DNA of 64,000 nt, from positions 1,824,001 to 1,888,000 of the forward strand of contig OY970399.1 in NCBI GenBank assembly GCA_963720545.1, written 5' to 3'. The notes under the pieces were generated by a model. The model did no database searches. It saw only the letters and a list, made by a program, of their open reading frames with translations, and was not told the origin of the DNA. The DNA is from an uncultured Acidobacteriota bacterium (GTDB lineage Bacteria; Acidobacteriota; Vicinamibacteria; Fen-336). Made by a program: the position numbers and the translations under genes. Of the stretch, positions 48,317-58,801 are shown in pieces. Position 1 is the stretch's first letter; each line of letters begins with the position of its first letter.

Positions 48317-49498
48317 TTGCGCGAAGCCGCGATCGTCTCGACCGCACGCACCCCCATCGGCAAGGCAACCCGCGGAGCGTTCAACATGACGCACGGCGCC
48401 ACGCTCGGCGGGCACGTCATCAAGGCGGCCGTGGAGCGGGCCGGCGTCGATCCTGCCGAGATCGAGGACGTGGTGATGGGCTGCGCCCTGCCCGAAGGCG
48501 CCACGGGCAAGAACATCGGCCGCATGGCGGCGATGCGCGCGGGCCTGCCGGTGTCGGTCTCGGGCATGACCGTCAACCGCTTCTGCTCGTCGGGCCTGCA
48601 GGCGATTGCGATCGCCGCGCAGCGCATCGTCGTCGACCGCGCGCCGGCGATGGTCGCCGGCGGCCTCGAGTCGATCAGCCTGGTGCAGGGCGTGCGCAAC
48701 AAGGACCACGACCACGAAGAGTGGCTCATGGAGCGGATGCCGGCGTTGTGGATGCCGATGATCGAGACGGCCGACATCGTCGCCGAACGCTACGGGATCA
48801 GCCGCGAGGCGCAGGACGAGTACGCGGTGGAGAGCCAGCGGCGCACCGCCGCTGCGCAGCAGGCGGGGCGCTTCGACGACGAGATCGTGCCGCTCACCAC
48901 CACCATGCAGGTGACCGACAAGGAGAGCGGCGCCGCCAGCTTCGAGGAGGTCACGCTGCGCGCCGACGAAGGCAACCGGCCCGACACCTCCATGGCGGGG
49001 CTCGCGAAGCTGGCGCCAGTGCGCGGAGCGGGAAAGTTCATCACCGCGGGCAACGCGAGCCAGCTTTCGGACGGCGCCTCGGCGTGCGTGCTGATGGAGA
49101 AGATGCTCGCGGAGCAACGCGGGCTCCGGCCGCTCGGCATCTTCCGCGGCCTGGCGGTCGCTGGCCTCGCGCCGGACGAAATGGGCATCGGGCCGGTCTA
49201 CGCCGTGCCGCGGCTGCTGGAGCGGTTCCAGCTCACGCTCGACGACATCGGACTCTTCGAGTTGAACGAGGCGTTCGCGGTACAGGTCGTCTACTGCCGC
49301 GACCGGCTCGGCATTCCCGCGGAGAAGCTGAACGTGAACGGCGGCGCCATCGCCGTCGGCCATCCCTACGGCATGAGTGGCGCGCGCCTCGCCGGCCACG
49401 CGCTCCTCGAGGGGCGCCGGCGCAAGGTGCGCTATGTCGTCGTGACGATGTGCGTCGGCGGCGGCATGGGAGCGGCCGGCCTCTTCGAGGTCTGTTGA
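48317..49498 (+). CDS. acetyl-CoA C-acyltransferase (thiolase)
   Basis: RTPIG, NRFCSSG, NEAFA, GHPYG, CVGGG; TTG start. Confidence 0.95.
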   Translation: MREAAIVSTARTPIGKATRGAFNMTHGATLGGHVIKAAVERAGVDPAEIEDVVMGCALPEGATGKNIGRMAAMRAGLPVSVSGMTVNRFCSSGLQAIAIAAQRIVVDRAPAMVAGGLESISLVQGVRNKDHDHEEWLMERMPALWMPMIETADIVAERYGISREAQDEYAVESQRRTAAAQQAGRFDDEIVPLTTTMQVTDKESGAASFEEVTLRADEGNRPDTSMAGLAKLAPVRGAGKFITAGNASQLSDGASACVLMEKMLAEQRGLRPLGIFRGLAVAGLAPDEMGIGPVYAVPRLLERFQLTLDDIGLFELNEAFAVQVVYCRDRLGIPAEKLNVNGGAIAVGHPYGMSGARLAGHALLEGRRRKVRYVVVTMCVGGGMGAAGLFEVC

Positions 49499-49502
49499 CC
49501 GC

Positions 49503-50375
49503 ATGCCCGTGCCCTCTTCCGCGGTCGGCATGCTCTTCGGTCCGGTCACGAACGAAGTGACCGCGCGCATGACGCTCGCGTACGCCGCCGCCGTGGGCGA
49601 ATTCGGCCCGCGCACCTTCGACGACGCCGGGGCGGTGCCGCTGATGGCGCCGCCGGCGTTTTGCGTGCGGCTCGAGTGGGCTGGCATCCTCGACGAGCGC
49701 GCCCGGCAGTTGTCGCTCGCTCCCGAAGAAGCGCGCCAGGCGGTGCACGTTGTGCAGGACTCGTTCTTTCACCGCCCGATCTGGCCGGGCGACATCCTCA
49801 CGACCCGCGGCCGGATCGTTGCGGTGCGCGCCACGCGCGCCGGCGCCCTCGTCACGACCCTGATCGAAACCACGGATGCCCGCAACGGCGCTCCGGTGGC
49901 GGCCTCGTGGCACGGCTCGATCTACCGCGACGTCGCGGTGAGCGGCGGCGACCGTATCGCTCTCGAGGCGCCCGGTTTTCCGCCGCCGGTTGAAGCGCTC
50001 ACCCGAGCCGCCACCGTGGCGATCCCGGTGGACCGCGCCGCCGCGCACGTCTACACGGAGTGCGCGGCCATCTGGAACCCGATCCACTCGCAGCAAAGCG
50101 CCGCGCGCGCTGCCGGGCTGCCCGGCATCATCCTGCACGGCACGGCGACCTGGGCCATGGCGGGCCGCGAACTGGTGCGCGCCTATGCCGACGGCGATCC
50201 GTCGCGCCTGCGCCGCCTGCGCGCCCGCTTCCGCGCGCCGGTGGTGCCGGGCACGACCCTCACGCTGGCGCACGGCGCCGCGCGTCCCGGCGACGTGCAC
50301 TTCACCGTGGCCACTGCGAACGCCGATGGCGCGCTCGCCCTCACCGACGGCTATGCCCACTTCGCCGTGAGCTAG
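49503..50375 (+). CDS. MaoC-like double hot-dog (R)-specific enoyl-CoA hydratase
   Basis: WNPIH...AGLPGIILHG, ARFRAPVVPG. The usual Asp before NPIH is not seen. Confidence 0.8.
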   Translation: MPVPSSAVGMLFGPVTNEVTARMTLAYAAAVGEFGPRTFDDAGAVPLMAPPAFCVRLEWAGILDERARQLSLAPEEARQAVHVVQDSFFHRPIWPGDILTTRGRIVAVRATRAGALVTTLIETTDARNGAPVAASWHGSIYRDVAVSGGDRIALEAPGFPPPVEALTRAATVAIPVDRAAAHVYTECAAIWNPIHSQQSAARAAGLPGIILHGTATWAMAGRELVRAYADGDPSRLRRLRARFRAPVVPGTTLTLAHGAARPGDVHFTVATANADGALALTDGYAHFAVS

Positions 50376-50387
50376 GAAGAGAGCACA

Positions 50388-51980
50388 ATGCCCGCCCCCA
50401 CCGCGCTCCCGGTCCCGCTCCTGCATCCCTTCGTCGGCCTCGACGTGCCCTGGCTGCTGCGCGAGCGCGCCCGCACCCACGGCGAGCGTCCCTACCTCGT
50501 CTGGGAGCCGTTCGCGGGCGAGGGCCTCACCCTGACCTACGCGCAGTTCCACGCCCGCGTCGAGCGCTTCGCCGCCGGTCTCCTGGCGCGCGGCATCGGC
50601 AAGGGCGATTTTTTCCTCATCCACCTCGGCAACTGCGCCGAGTTCCTGGTCGCGTGGCACGCGTGCTCGCGGATCGGCGCCGTGGTCGTCACCACCAACA
50701 CCCGCTCCTCCGCCGAAGAGCTTGCGTACTACGCCGCCGACTGCGGCGCCGTCGCGGCGCTCACGCAGCCGGCCTTCGTCGACCTCGTCGCCCGCTGCGC
50801 GCCGGCCTTGCGCTTCATCGCGGCAACCGAAAAGGACCAGGGCGCCGAACCCGCCCCGTTCACCACACCGGACGTCGTGCCGTTCGCGGCGATCGACGGC
50901 GATGCGGCGGCGCTGCCGCAGGGCGCGCACGATCCGCTGCAGTTCAACAGCGTGCAGTACACCTCGGGCACCACCGCGCGGCCGAAGGGCGTCGTGTGGA
51001 CGCACGCGAACGTGCTGTGGGGCGCGCGCATGACCGCGAGCCTGCTGCGCCTGACTCCACAGGACGTTGGCCTCGTGTTCTTTCCGCTGTTCCACACCAA
51101 TGCGCTCCTTTATTCCTCGCTCGGCAGCCTCTGGGCCGGCGGCTCGATCGTGGTGATGCCGCGCTACTCGGCGAGCCGCTTCTGGGAGCGGGCGCTGCGG
51201 CATCGCTGCACCTGGGCTTGCAGCTCGCCGTTCATGCTGAAGACGCTCGCGAAGCATCCGGTGCCGGAGCGGCACTTCTTCCGCTTCTGGGGCTCGGGCA
51301 CCACCGACCCGCCGCTTTGCAACGACTTGTTCCGCGTCCAGGGCCTCGGTTGGTTCGGCATGACCGAGACCATCAGCTTCCCGCTCATCGGCCACCTCGA
51401 CCTGCCGAATCGCCCGCTCGGCATGGGCGCGCCGGCGCCCGGCTACGAAGTGGCGGTGCGGCGCGACGACGGCAGCCCGGTGGCGAACGGCGAGACCGGC
51501 GGATTGTGGGTCCGCGGGGTTCCCGGACTGTCGCTGTTCCACGAGTACCTCAACAATCCGCAGGCGACGGCGGCGGCATTCGACGCCGAGGGCTGGATGG
51601 ACACCGGCGACCTGGCGACGCCGTTCGCCGATGGCCACCTGCGCTTCGAGGGCCGCGGCAAGGACATGCTGCGCGTTGGCGCCGAGAACGTGGCGGCGGC
51701 GGAGATCGAGCGCGTGATCGCGAAAGTCGCCGGCGTCTTCGAGGTGGCGGTGGTGGCGAAGCCGCACGAGTTCCTGAGCGAGGTGCCCGCCGCGTTCGTG
51801 ATACCGTCCGGCGACACCGCCGGGCTGGCCGAGCGCATCCTGCAGGCGTGCCGGGAACAGCTCGCCGACTTCAAGGTGCCACACGAAGTGCTCTGCGTGG
51901 CGGAGTTCCCGCGCTCAACGCTCAACAAGGTGTCGAAGAAGGACCTGCGCGCGCTGCTGACCGCGCGGCCGGCAAGATGA
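50388..51980 (+). CDS. acyl-CoA ligase (AMP-binding, CaiC-like)
   Basis: YTSGTTARPKG, PLFH, FGMTE, DTGD, GRGKDML, KVSK. Confidence 0.93.
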   Translation: MPAPTALPVPLLHPFVGLDVPWLLRERARTHGERPYLVWEPFAGEGLTLTYAQFHARVERFAAGLLARGIGKGDFFLIHLGNCAEFLVAWHACSRIGAVVVTTNTRSSAEELAYYAADCGAVAALTQPAFVDLVARCAPALRFIAATEKDQGAEPAPFTTPDVVPFAAIDGDAAALPQGAHDPLQFNSVQYTSGTTARPKGVVWTHANVLWGARMTASLLRLTPQDVGLVFFPLFHTNALLYSSLGSLWAGGSIVVMPRYSASRFWERALRHRCTWACSSPFMLKTLAKHPVPERHFFRFWGSGTTDPPLCNDLFRVQGLGWFGMTETISFPLIGHLDLPNRPLGMGAPAPGYEVAVRRDDGSPVANGETGGLWVRGVPGLSLFHEYLNNPQATAAAFDAEGWMDTGDLATPFADGHLRFEGRGKDMLRVGAENVAAAEIERVIAKVAGVFEVAVVAKPHEFLSEVPAAFVIPSGDTAGLAERILQACREQLADFKVPHEVLCVAEFPRSTLNKVSKKDLRALLTARPAR

Positions 51981-51999
51981 CAACCAAAGGGGCAACGCA

Positions 52000-53127
52000 A
52001 TGAAGGTCGAAGTCTTCGAGATGGAGCGCTTCCAGTCGATCTGGGAGAACAAGGTCAAGCACAACCTCTCCGAGAGCGGGGTCCATCCCATGACGCTCGC
52101 CGAGCTGCTCGATCCCGACGAGCAGCAGGCACTGATGCGCCAGCCGCTCGTCTACGTGCAGACGAACGGCACGCCGGCACTGCGCGAGGCGCTCGCGAAC
52201 CTCTATCAAGGCGCCGGCGCCGACAACATCGTGGTGGCGAACGGCACCGCGGAAGCCAACTACATCAGCGTCTGGAGCCTGGTGGAGCCCGGCGACGAAG
52301 TGGTGATGATGGTGCCGAACTACATGCAGATCTGGGGCATCGTCCGCGGCCAGGGCGCCACGGTCGTGGAATGGAAGCTGCGCGAGGAGCGCGGCTGGGC
52401 ACCCGACGTCGACGAGCTGGCGAGCCTCGTCACCCCGAAGACGAAACTGATCGCCGTCTGCAACCCCAACAACCCGACCGGCTCCATCCTCAGCCACGAA
52501 GCGATGAAGGCGATCTGCGGCATCGCGGAGAGGAACGGCTCGTGGGTGATCGCCGACGAGGTGTACCGCGGCGCCGAGCTCGACTCGCGCGAGAGCCGCA
52601 GCTTCTGGGGGCTCTATGACCGCTTGCTGGTGGCGTGCGGGCTCAGCAAGGCCTACGGGCTGCCGGGGCTGCGCATCGGCTGGGTGGCGGGACCGAGTGA
52701 AATGGTCGCGAAGCTGTGGGAGCGCAAGGACTATCTCTCGATCGCGCCGGGGTCCTTGTCCGACTACTTGGCGAGGAAGGCAGTACGCCCCGACGTGCGG
52801 CCGAGGATCCTGGCGCGCACCCGCGGCATCGTCAACGCCAACCTGCCGATCCTCGAGGAATGGATCCGCCGCCATGCGCACGGCTTCAAGCTGACCTCGC
52901 CGCTGGCCGGCGCCATCGCCTATCCGCGCTACACGTGGCCGATCAATTCCACGAAGCTGATGGAGCGGCTGCGCGACGAGCAGAGCGTGCTGGTCGTCCC
53001 CGGCGACCAGTTCGGGATGGACGGCTACTTGCGCATTGGCCTCGGCAACGAGCCGGCCGACCTGCTGGCCGGGCTCGAAAAGATCGACCTGGTGCTCGCT
53101 TCGCTCGGCCAGGCGCCGGCGCAGTGA
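52000..53127 (+). CDS. PLP-dependent aminotransferase class I/II
   Basis: NLSESG, NPNNPTG, ADEVY, GLSKAYGLPGLRIGW. Confidence 0.93.
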   Translation: MKVEVFEMERFQSIWENKVKHNLSESGVHPMTLAELLDPDEQQALMRQPLVYVQTNGTPALREALANLYQGAGADNIVVANGTAEANYISVWSLVEPGDEVVMMVPNYMQIWGIVRGQGATVVEWKLREERGWAPDVDELASLVTPKTKLIAVCNPNNPTGSILSHEAMKAICGIAERNGSWVIADEVYRGAELDSRESRSFWGLYDRLLVACGLSKAYGLPGLRIGWVAGPSEMVAKLWERKDYLSIAPGSLSDYLARKAVRPDVRPRILARTRGIVNANLPILEEWIRRHAHGFKLTSPLAGAIAYPRYTWPINSTKLMERLRDEQSVLVVPGDQFGMDGYLRIGLGNEPADLLAGLEKIDLVLASLGQAPAQ

Positions 53128-54635
53128 ACCGGCGCGCCGCAGCCGCGGTCCTGGTCGCGGCCGCGTGCACCCTCGGCACGGCACCGCCGAGCGCCCCAGG
53201 CGCCGGCGTGGTGTACGACGTGGTGCTTGCCGGCGGCCGGGTGCTCGATCCGGCGTCCGGGCTCGACGCGGTGCGCGATGTCGGCATCGCCGCCGGCCGC
53301 ATCGCCGCGGTCAGCAAGGCGCGGCTGCGCGGCCGCGAGCGCATCGACTGCACCGGGCGCGTGGTGGCGCCTGGTTTCATCGACCTGCACTCGCACGCGC
53401 TCGATGCGGAAGGCAACAAGCGCCAGGCGGCGGACGGCGTCACCACGGCGCTCGAGCTCGAGGAGGGTGTGTTCCCCGTTGCCGAGTGGTATGCGTCGCG
53501 CACGGGCCGGTCGCTTCTCAACTACGGCGCCACGGCCGGCCACATCCCGGCGCGGATCGCGGCGTTCACGGGCGTCACCACCGGCGCCGAGCAGCGGCGC
53601 ATCCGGCTCGACTCCGCGGCGCAGCCGCCCTGGGCGCGCAGCGCCGCCGATGCGCGGACGCTCATGCGACTCGAGCAGATCCTGCAGAACGGCCTCGACG
53701 ACGGCGGCCTGGGAATCGGCGTCGAGATCGCCGAGTCGCCCGGCGCGACCCGCGAGGAGGTGTTTCGAGTCTTCGGCATCGCCGCGCGGCATCACGTGCC
53801 GATGTACGCGCACCTGCGCGGCTTCGGCCTAGCCGAGGAAGGCGGGGCGCTCGAGTCGGTGCAGGAGATGCTGGCCGACGCGGCCGCGACCGGCGCGCCG
53901 CTGCACTTCGTGCACCTTGGCAGCAGTTCGCTGAAGCAGGCGCCGCTGGTCGTGGAAATGCTCGCGGCGGCGCGCGCCCGCGGCATGGACGTGAGCGGCG
54001 AGGTCTACCCCTACACCGCGGCTTCCACCTTCATCCAGGTTTCCATGTTCGACCCCGGCTGGCAGGAGCGGCTCGGCATCGGCTTTGGCGACTTGCAATG
54101 GACTGCCACCGGCGAGCGCCTCACCGAGGAGACGTTCGCGCGGCGCCGCGCCGAGGGCGGTTTCGTGATCATCCACATGATTCCCGAGGCGACCGTCGAG
54201 TTCCTGCTCGCGCAGCCCGACGTCATGGTGGCAAGCGATGCGCTGCCGATCGTCAACGGCCGCGGCCATCCGCGCGCGAGCGGCACCTTCGCCCGCGTCC
54301 TCGGCCGGTACGTGCGCGAGAAGAAGCTGCTCTCGCTCATGGACGCGGTGCGGCGCATGAGCTACCTGCCCGCCGAGCGGGTGCGCGGCGCTGCGCCCCA
54401 GATGGCGCGCAAGGGCCGCATCGCAGCCGGGGCCGACGCCGATATCGTGGTGTTCGACGCCGCGAGCGTCATCGACCGCGCCACCTTCGAGAATCCCGGC
54501 CTGCCATCGGCGGGCATCGACCACGTGTTGGTGAACGGCACGTTCGTGCTGCGCGGCGGCCAGCCGGTCGCCGGCGTCTTTCCCGGGCGCCCGGTTCGTG
54601 GCGTCTCATTGCCGTTGAACAAGGAGAAGCGATGA
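53124..54635 (+). CDS. exported amidohydrolase, N-acyl-D-amino acid deacylase-like
   Basis: Signal peptide; APGFIDLHSH, EVYPYTAAST, VASD, HPRASGTFARVL, ADIVVFD; GTGA overlap. Confidence 0.88.
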   Translation: MNRRAAAAVLVAAACTLGTAPPSAPGAGVVYDVVLAGGRVLDPASGLDAVRDVGIAAGRIAAVSKARLRGRERIDCTGRVVAPGFIDLHSHALDAEGNKRQAADGVTTALELEEGVFPVAEWYASRTGRSLLNYGATAGHIPARIAAFTGVTTGAEQRRIRLDSAAQPPWARSAADARTLMRLEQILQNGLDDGGLGIGVEIAESPGATREEVFRVFGIAARHHVPMYAHLRGFGLAEEGGALESVQEMLADAAATGAPLHFVHLGSSSLKQAPLVVEMLAAARARGMDVSGEVYPYTAASTFIQVSMFDPGWQERLGIGFGDLQWTATGERLTEETFARRRAEGGFVIIHMIPEATVEFLLAQPDVMVASDALPIVNGRGHPRASGTFARVLGRYVREKKLLSLMDAVRRMSYLPAERVRGAAPQMARKGRIAAGADADIVVFDAASVIDRATFENPGLPSAGIDHVLVNGTFVLRGGQPVAGVFPGRPVRGVSLPLNKEKR

Positions 54636-55522
54636 AGCGTGCCTTCGCCGCATTGTTGTTCGTGCTGTTGCCCGCCGCCTCATTCGCACAGCAGTCGGCG
54701 CCGCCTGCCGCACCCGTCATCGGACCGGCGCACGGCACGCTGCTCATCATCGGCGGCGGCAACAACGACATGGAGCTGCGCAAGCGCTTCGTGGCGCTCG
54801 CCGGCGGCCCGGAAGCGAACATCGTCGTGATCCCGACGGCGCAGGAGGGCAACGACCCCAACTACTGGGCCGAGGACCTGCTCGACCTGCAGAACGCCGG
54901 CGCGCGCCACCTGAAGGTGCTGCACACGCGCGACCGCAAGGTGGCGGATTCCGAGGAGTTCACGGCACCGCTGCGCGAGGCGAGCGGCGTCTTCTTCGTC
55001 GGCGGCCGCCAATGGCGGCTGGCCGATGCCTACCTCAACACCCGCGTGCAAAAAGAGCTCGGCTCGGTGCTGGAGCGCGGCGGCATCCTCGCCGGCACCT
55101 CGGCCGGCGCCACCATCATGGGCTCCTACCTGGTGCGCGGCGACACCTCGGGCAACACCGTCATCATCGGCGACCACACCGAGGGCATGGGCTTCCTCAA
55201 GAACGTCGCGATCGACCAGCACCTGCTGAAGCGCAACCGCCAGTTCGACATGGTGCAGGTGATCGAGAAGCATCCGGAACTGCTCGGCATCGGCATCGAC
55301 GAGGACACGGCGATCCTGGTGCGCCGCGATTCCTTCCAGGTGCTCGGCGCCAGCTACGTCGTGATCTACGACTACAACCGCAAGCTCGATTCCGGCGGGC
55401 CTTTCTACTTGCTCACGGCCGGCGACCGCTTCAACCTCAAGACGCGCGAGGCGGAGCGGCCGGAGCCGAAGGGCTCGCCGATCGAGCGGGTCATCAAGGA
55501 ACCTTGGAAGAAGCAGGGGTGA
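54632..55522 (+). CDS. exported cyanophycinase-like peptidase (S51)
   Basis: Signal peptide; LLIIGGG, IVVIPTA, FFVGGRQWRL, GTSAGA, IDQHLLKRNR, GIDEDTA. Confidence 0.88.
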   Translation: MKRAFAALLFVLLPAASFAQQSAPPAAPVIGPAHGTLLIIGGGNNDMELRKRFVALAGGPEANIVVIPTAQEGNDPNYWAEDLLDLQNAGARHLKVLHTRDRKVADSEEFTAPLREASGVFFVGGRQWRLADAYLNTRVQKELGSVLERGGILAGTSAGATIMGSYLVRGDTSGNTVIIGDHTEGMGFLKNVAIDQHLLKRNRQFDMVQVIEKHPELLGIGIDEDTAILVRRDSFQVLGASYVVIYDYNRKLDSGGPFYLLTAGDRFNLKTREAERPEPKGSPIERVIKEPWKKQG

Positions 55523-57204
55523 ACGCCGTGAAAACAATGAAGACGAAGAGCCTTGCGCTCCTGTTCGGCGCCGCGCTGTTGTGCGCGGCATCTCCCCAGG
55601 CGCGCGCGCTCGACGACGCCATCGCACCGAAAGTGCGCACCGACATCGACGAGCTGTTCCAGCGCTGGGACACGACCGCACTGCCCGGCTGCACGCTCGG
55701 CATTTCGCAGGACGGCCGCCAGGTGCTGAGCCGCGCCTTCGGCATGGCCGACCTCGAGCACGGCATAGCGAATCGCCCCGACACCATCATCGAGGCGGGC
55801 TCGGTGTCGAAGCAGTTCACCGCGGCCGCGGTGCTGCTGCTGGCGCAGCAGGGCAAGCTCTCGCTCGACGACGCGGTGCGCAAGTACATTCCGGAAGTGC
55901 CCGACTACGGCACGCCCATCACCATCCGGCAGCTGCTCTCGCACACCTCCGGGCTGCGCGACTGGGGCAGTGTCTCCGGCATCGCCGGTTGGCCGCGCAC
56001 CACGCGCACCTATACCCACGCCCACGTGCTCGACATCATCAGCCGGCAGAAGTCGCTCAACTACCCACCGGGCACCGCGTACTCGTACACCAACAGCGGC
56101 TATAACCTGCTCGCGGTGCTGGTGTCGCGGGTGAGCGGCAAGAGCTTCGCCGACTTCACGCGCGAGTCGCTGTTCGAGCCGCTCGGCATGACCCGCACTT
56201 CATGGCGCGACGACTACACGCGCATCGTCCCCGACCGCGCCATCGGCTACACCGTCGACGGCAGCATGGTGTCGCTCAACATGCCGTTCGAGAACGTCCA
56301 CGGCAACGGCGGCCTGCTCACCACGGTGGGCGACCTGCTGCGATGGAACCAGAACGCGGTGAGCGACACGGTCGGCGGCGCGGCGCTCACCGAAACGCAG
56401 CGGCAGAAGAGCCGGCTCAAGGACGGCAGCGAAATCAGCTACGCCTCGGGCATCGTGATCACGCAGTGGCACGGCGTCCCCGAGGTGAGCCACAGCGGCG
56501 GCACCGCGGGCTATCGCGCCTGGCTTGCGCAGTATCCGGCGCAGAAGGTGTCGGTGGCGGTCCTGTGCAATGCCGGCGACGCGCCGGCGTGGACGCTCGG
56601 CCGGCAGGTGGCCGACCTGGTGCTGGGCCTCAACGCCGACCTGCCGCCCGCTGCCGAGGTTTCTGCGGCCGACCTCGAGGCGGTCGCCGGCCTGTACCGC
56701 AACCGCAACACCCACATGGTCGCGACCGTCACGCTCAGCGACGGCGCCCTCCACGTCGACGGCGGCCCGGCCCTCGTGCCGCTGTCACGCGACGCATTTC
56801 GCACGCAGAGCGGCGGCACCCGCTTCGAGGTCGAGCGCAGCGCTGCGGGCGCCATCGCCGGCTTGCGCGCGGTCTCCTCGGGCGAGGGCACCGGCTACGA
56901 ACGCGTGGCGAGGGTCGAGCCGACGGCCGCGCGGCTCGCGGCGTATGTCGGCGAATACACGAGCGACGAGGCCGAGGTGAGCCTGCGCGTTGTCGTCGAA
57001 GGGGGCAAGCTCATGGTGCTGCGCCGTCCCGACACCAAGCTGCCTTTGACCGCAAACTATGACGACGGCTTCGACAGCGACCTCGGCCAGATTCGCTTCC
57101 TGCGCGACGCGCGCGGACGCGTCAACGAGCTGAGCGTCAGCGAGGACCGCGTCTGGGACCTGCGCTTCACGAAGCAGGCGGCGGCAGCGGTGATGAAGAA
57201 GTGA
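55519..57204 (+). CDS. exported serine hydrolase (S12, D-aminopeptidase-like with C-terminal beta domains)
   Basis: Signal peptide; GSVSK, LLSHTSG, YTNSGY, HSGG. Start is GTG 55519 or ATG 55537. Confidence 0.88.
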   Translation: MNAVKTMKTKSLALLFGAALLCAASPQARALDDAIAPKVRTDIDELFQRWDTTALPGCTLGISQDGRQVLSRAFGMADLEHGIANRPDTIIEAGSVSKQFTAAAVLLLAQQGKLSLDDAVRKYIPEVPDYGTPITIRQLLSHTSGLRDWGSVSGIAGWPRTTRTYTHAHVLDIISRQKSLNYPPGTAYSYTNSGYNLLAVLVSRVSGKSFADFTRESLFEPLGMTRTSWRDDYTRIVPDRAIGYTVDGSMVSLNMPFENVHGNGGLLTTVGDLLRWNQNAVSDTVGGAALTETQRQKSRLKDGSEISYASGIVITQWHGVPEVSHSGGTAGYRAWLAQYPAQKVSVAVLCNAGDAPAWTLGRQVADLVLGLNADLPPAAEVSAADLEAVAGLYRNRNTHMVATVTLSDGALHVDGGPALVPLSRDAFRTQSGGTRFEVERSAAGAIAGLRAVSSGEGTGYERVARVEPTAARLAAYVGEYTSDEAEVSLRVVVEGGKLMVLRRPDTKLPLTANYDDGFDSDLGQIRFLRDARGRVNELSVSEDRVWDLRFTKQAAAAVMKK

Positions 57205-58781
57205 AGCGCGCTGGCATCTTCGCACTGGCGGCGTTCCTCGGCGCTTTCGGCGCGAGCGCTGCCGTCGCCGACGACCAGTTCGACGTGCTCATCCGCAACG
57301 GGCGCGTCGTCGACGGCACCGGCGCCGCATGGTTCCGCGCCGATGTCGGCATCAAGGCCGGGCGCATCGCCGCGGTTGCGCCGCGGCTTGCGGGCACAGC
57401 GAAGCAAACTTTCGATGCGAAGGACCAGGTGGTGGCGCCGGGCTTCATCGACATCCACACGCACGCTCGCCGCCGCATCTTCGAGCTGCCGACGGCCGAC
57501 AATTACGTCCGCCAGGGAGTGACGACGCTCATCGAGGGACCCGATGGCAGCTCGGCGCTGCCGATAGGCGCCTTCCTCGACAAGGTGGCGGCGCTGCCTC
57601 CCGGCGTCAACTTCGGGACCTTCTTCGGCCAGGGTACGGTGCGCGCGGCCGTCCTCGGCGACGTCGACCGCAGGCCGACGCCCGCCGAAATGGACAAGAT
57701 GCGCGAGCTGGCGCGCACCGCCATGCGCGAAGGCGCCCTCGGCATGAGCAGCGGCCTCTTTTACGTGCCGGGCGCCTTCACCCCCACCGAAGAGGTCACG
57801 GAACTCGCCAAGATCGCCGGCGAATTCGGCGGCATCTACATCTCGCACATGCGCGACGAAGCCAGCAGGATCGTCGACAGCGTCAAGGAAACGATCGCGA
57901 TCGGCGAGAACGGCGGGCTGCCGAGCCAGATCACCCACCACAAGATCATCGGCAAGGCGGGCGCCGATCGCAGCAAGGAGACGCTCGCGCTCGTGGCCGC
58001 GGCCCGCGCACGCGGTGTGGACGTGACGATCGACCAGTACCCGTACACGGCGTCGAGCACCGGCATCTCCTCGGCGCTCTTCCCGCAGTGGGCGATGGAA
58101 GGTACCGACGCCCAGATCCTGGCGCGGTTGAAGGACCCCGCGGCCCGCGCCAGGATACGCGCCACGGTGATCGACAAGATCACGAACGAGCGCGGCGGCG
58201 GCGATCCCGCCAACATCCGCATCGCAGCATCCGCGATCCCCGGCATCGTCGGCAAGGACCTCGCCGCCATCACCAGGGAGCGCGGCAAGGAGCCGAGCGT
58301 CGACAATGCCGCCGACGTGGTGCTCGACATCGTCGCGCACGGCGATGCCTCGGGCATCTTCCACGCGATCCCGGAAGCCGACGTGGTGCGCATCCTGGCC
58401 TCGCCGTTCACCATGATCGGCTCCGACGGCGAGATCCCGGAGTTCGGCAAGGGCGCGCCGCACCCGCGCAGTTACGGCACGTTTGCGCGCGTCCTCGGCA
58501 CCTACGTCCGCGAGCAGCACGTCATCGGCCTCGAGGAGGCGGTGCGCAAGATGACCTCGTTCCCCGCCGCCCGCATGCGCCTCGCCGACCGCGGCATCCT
58601 CCGCCCCGGGATGCGGGCCGACGTCGCCGTCTTCGACCCCGCGACGGTGCGCGACACCGCGACCTTCGAAAAGCCGCACTCCTACGCCGAAGGGTTTTCG
58701 CTGGTCCTTGTCAACGGCGTTGCGGTGCTCGCGGACGGCAAGGTCACAGGGGCTCGCCCGGGAATGGTCCTCCGCCGGTAA
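57201..58781 (+). CDS. exported N-acyl-D-amino acid deacylase (D-aminoacylase)
   Basis: Signal peptide; APGFIDIHTH, GLFYVPG, SHMRDE, DQYPYTASST, GSDG, HPRSYGTFARVLG. Confidence 0.92.
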   Translation: MKRAGIFALAAFLGAFGASAAVADDQFDVLIRNGRVVDGTGAAWFRADVGIKAGRIAAVAPRLAGTAKQTFDAKDQVVAPGFIDIHTHARRRIFELPTADNYVRQGVTTLIEGPDGSSALPIGAFLDKVAALPPGVNFGTFFGQGTVRAAVLGDVDRRPTPAEMDKMRELARTAMREGALGMSSGLFYVPGAFTPTEEVTELAKIAGEFGGIYISHMRDEASRIVDSVKETIAIGENGGLPSQITHHKIIGKAGADRSKETLALVAAARARGVDVTIDQYPYTASSTGISSALFPQWAMEGTDAQILARLKDPAARARIRATVIDKITNERGGGDPANIRIAASAIPGIVGKDLAAITRERGKEPSVDNAADVVLDIVAHGDASGIFHAIPEADVVRILASPFTMIGSDGEIPEFGKGAPHPRSYGTFARVLGTYVREQHVIGLEEAVRKMTSFPAARMRLADRGILRPGMRADVAVFDPATVRDTATFEKPHSYAEGFSLVLVNGVAVLADGKVTGARPGMVLRR

Positions 58782-58801
58782 GCTCTGGCGGGGGTTTCAC
58801 C

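Noticed and set aside
22984..58781. A true mlr (microcystin degradation) cluster
   Set aside because: No MlrA-like CPBP protease or MlrC-like M81 peptidase is visible; the resemblance is at family level only, so it is kept as an analogy.
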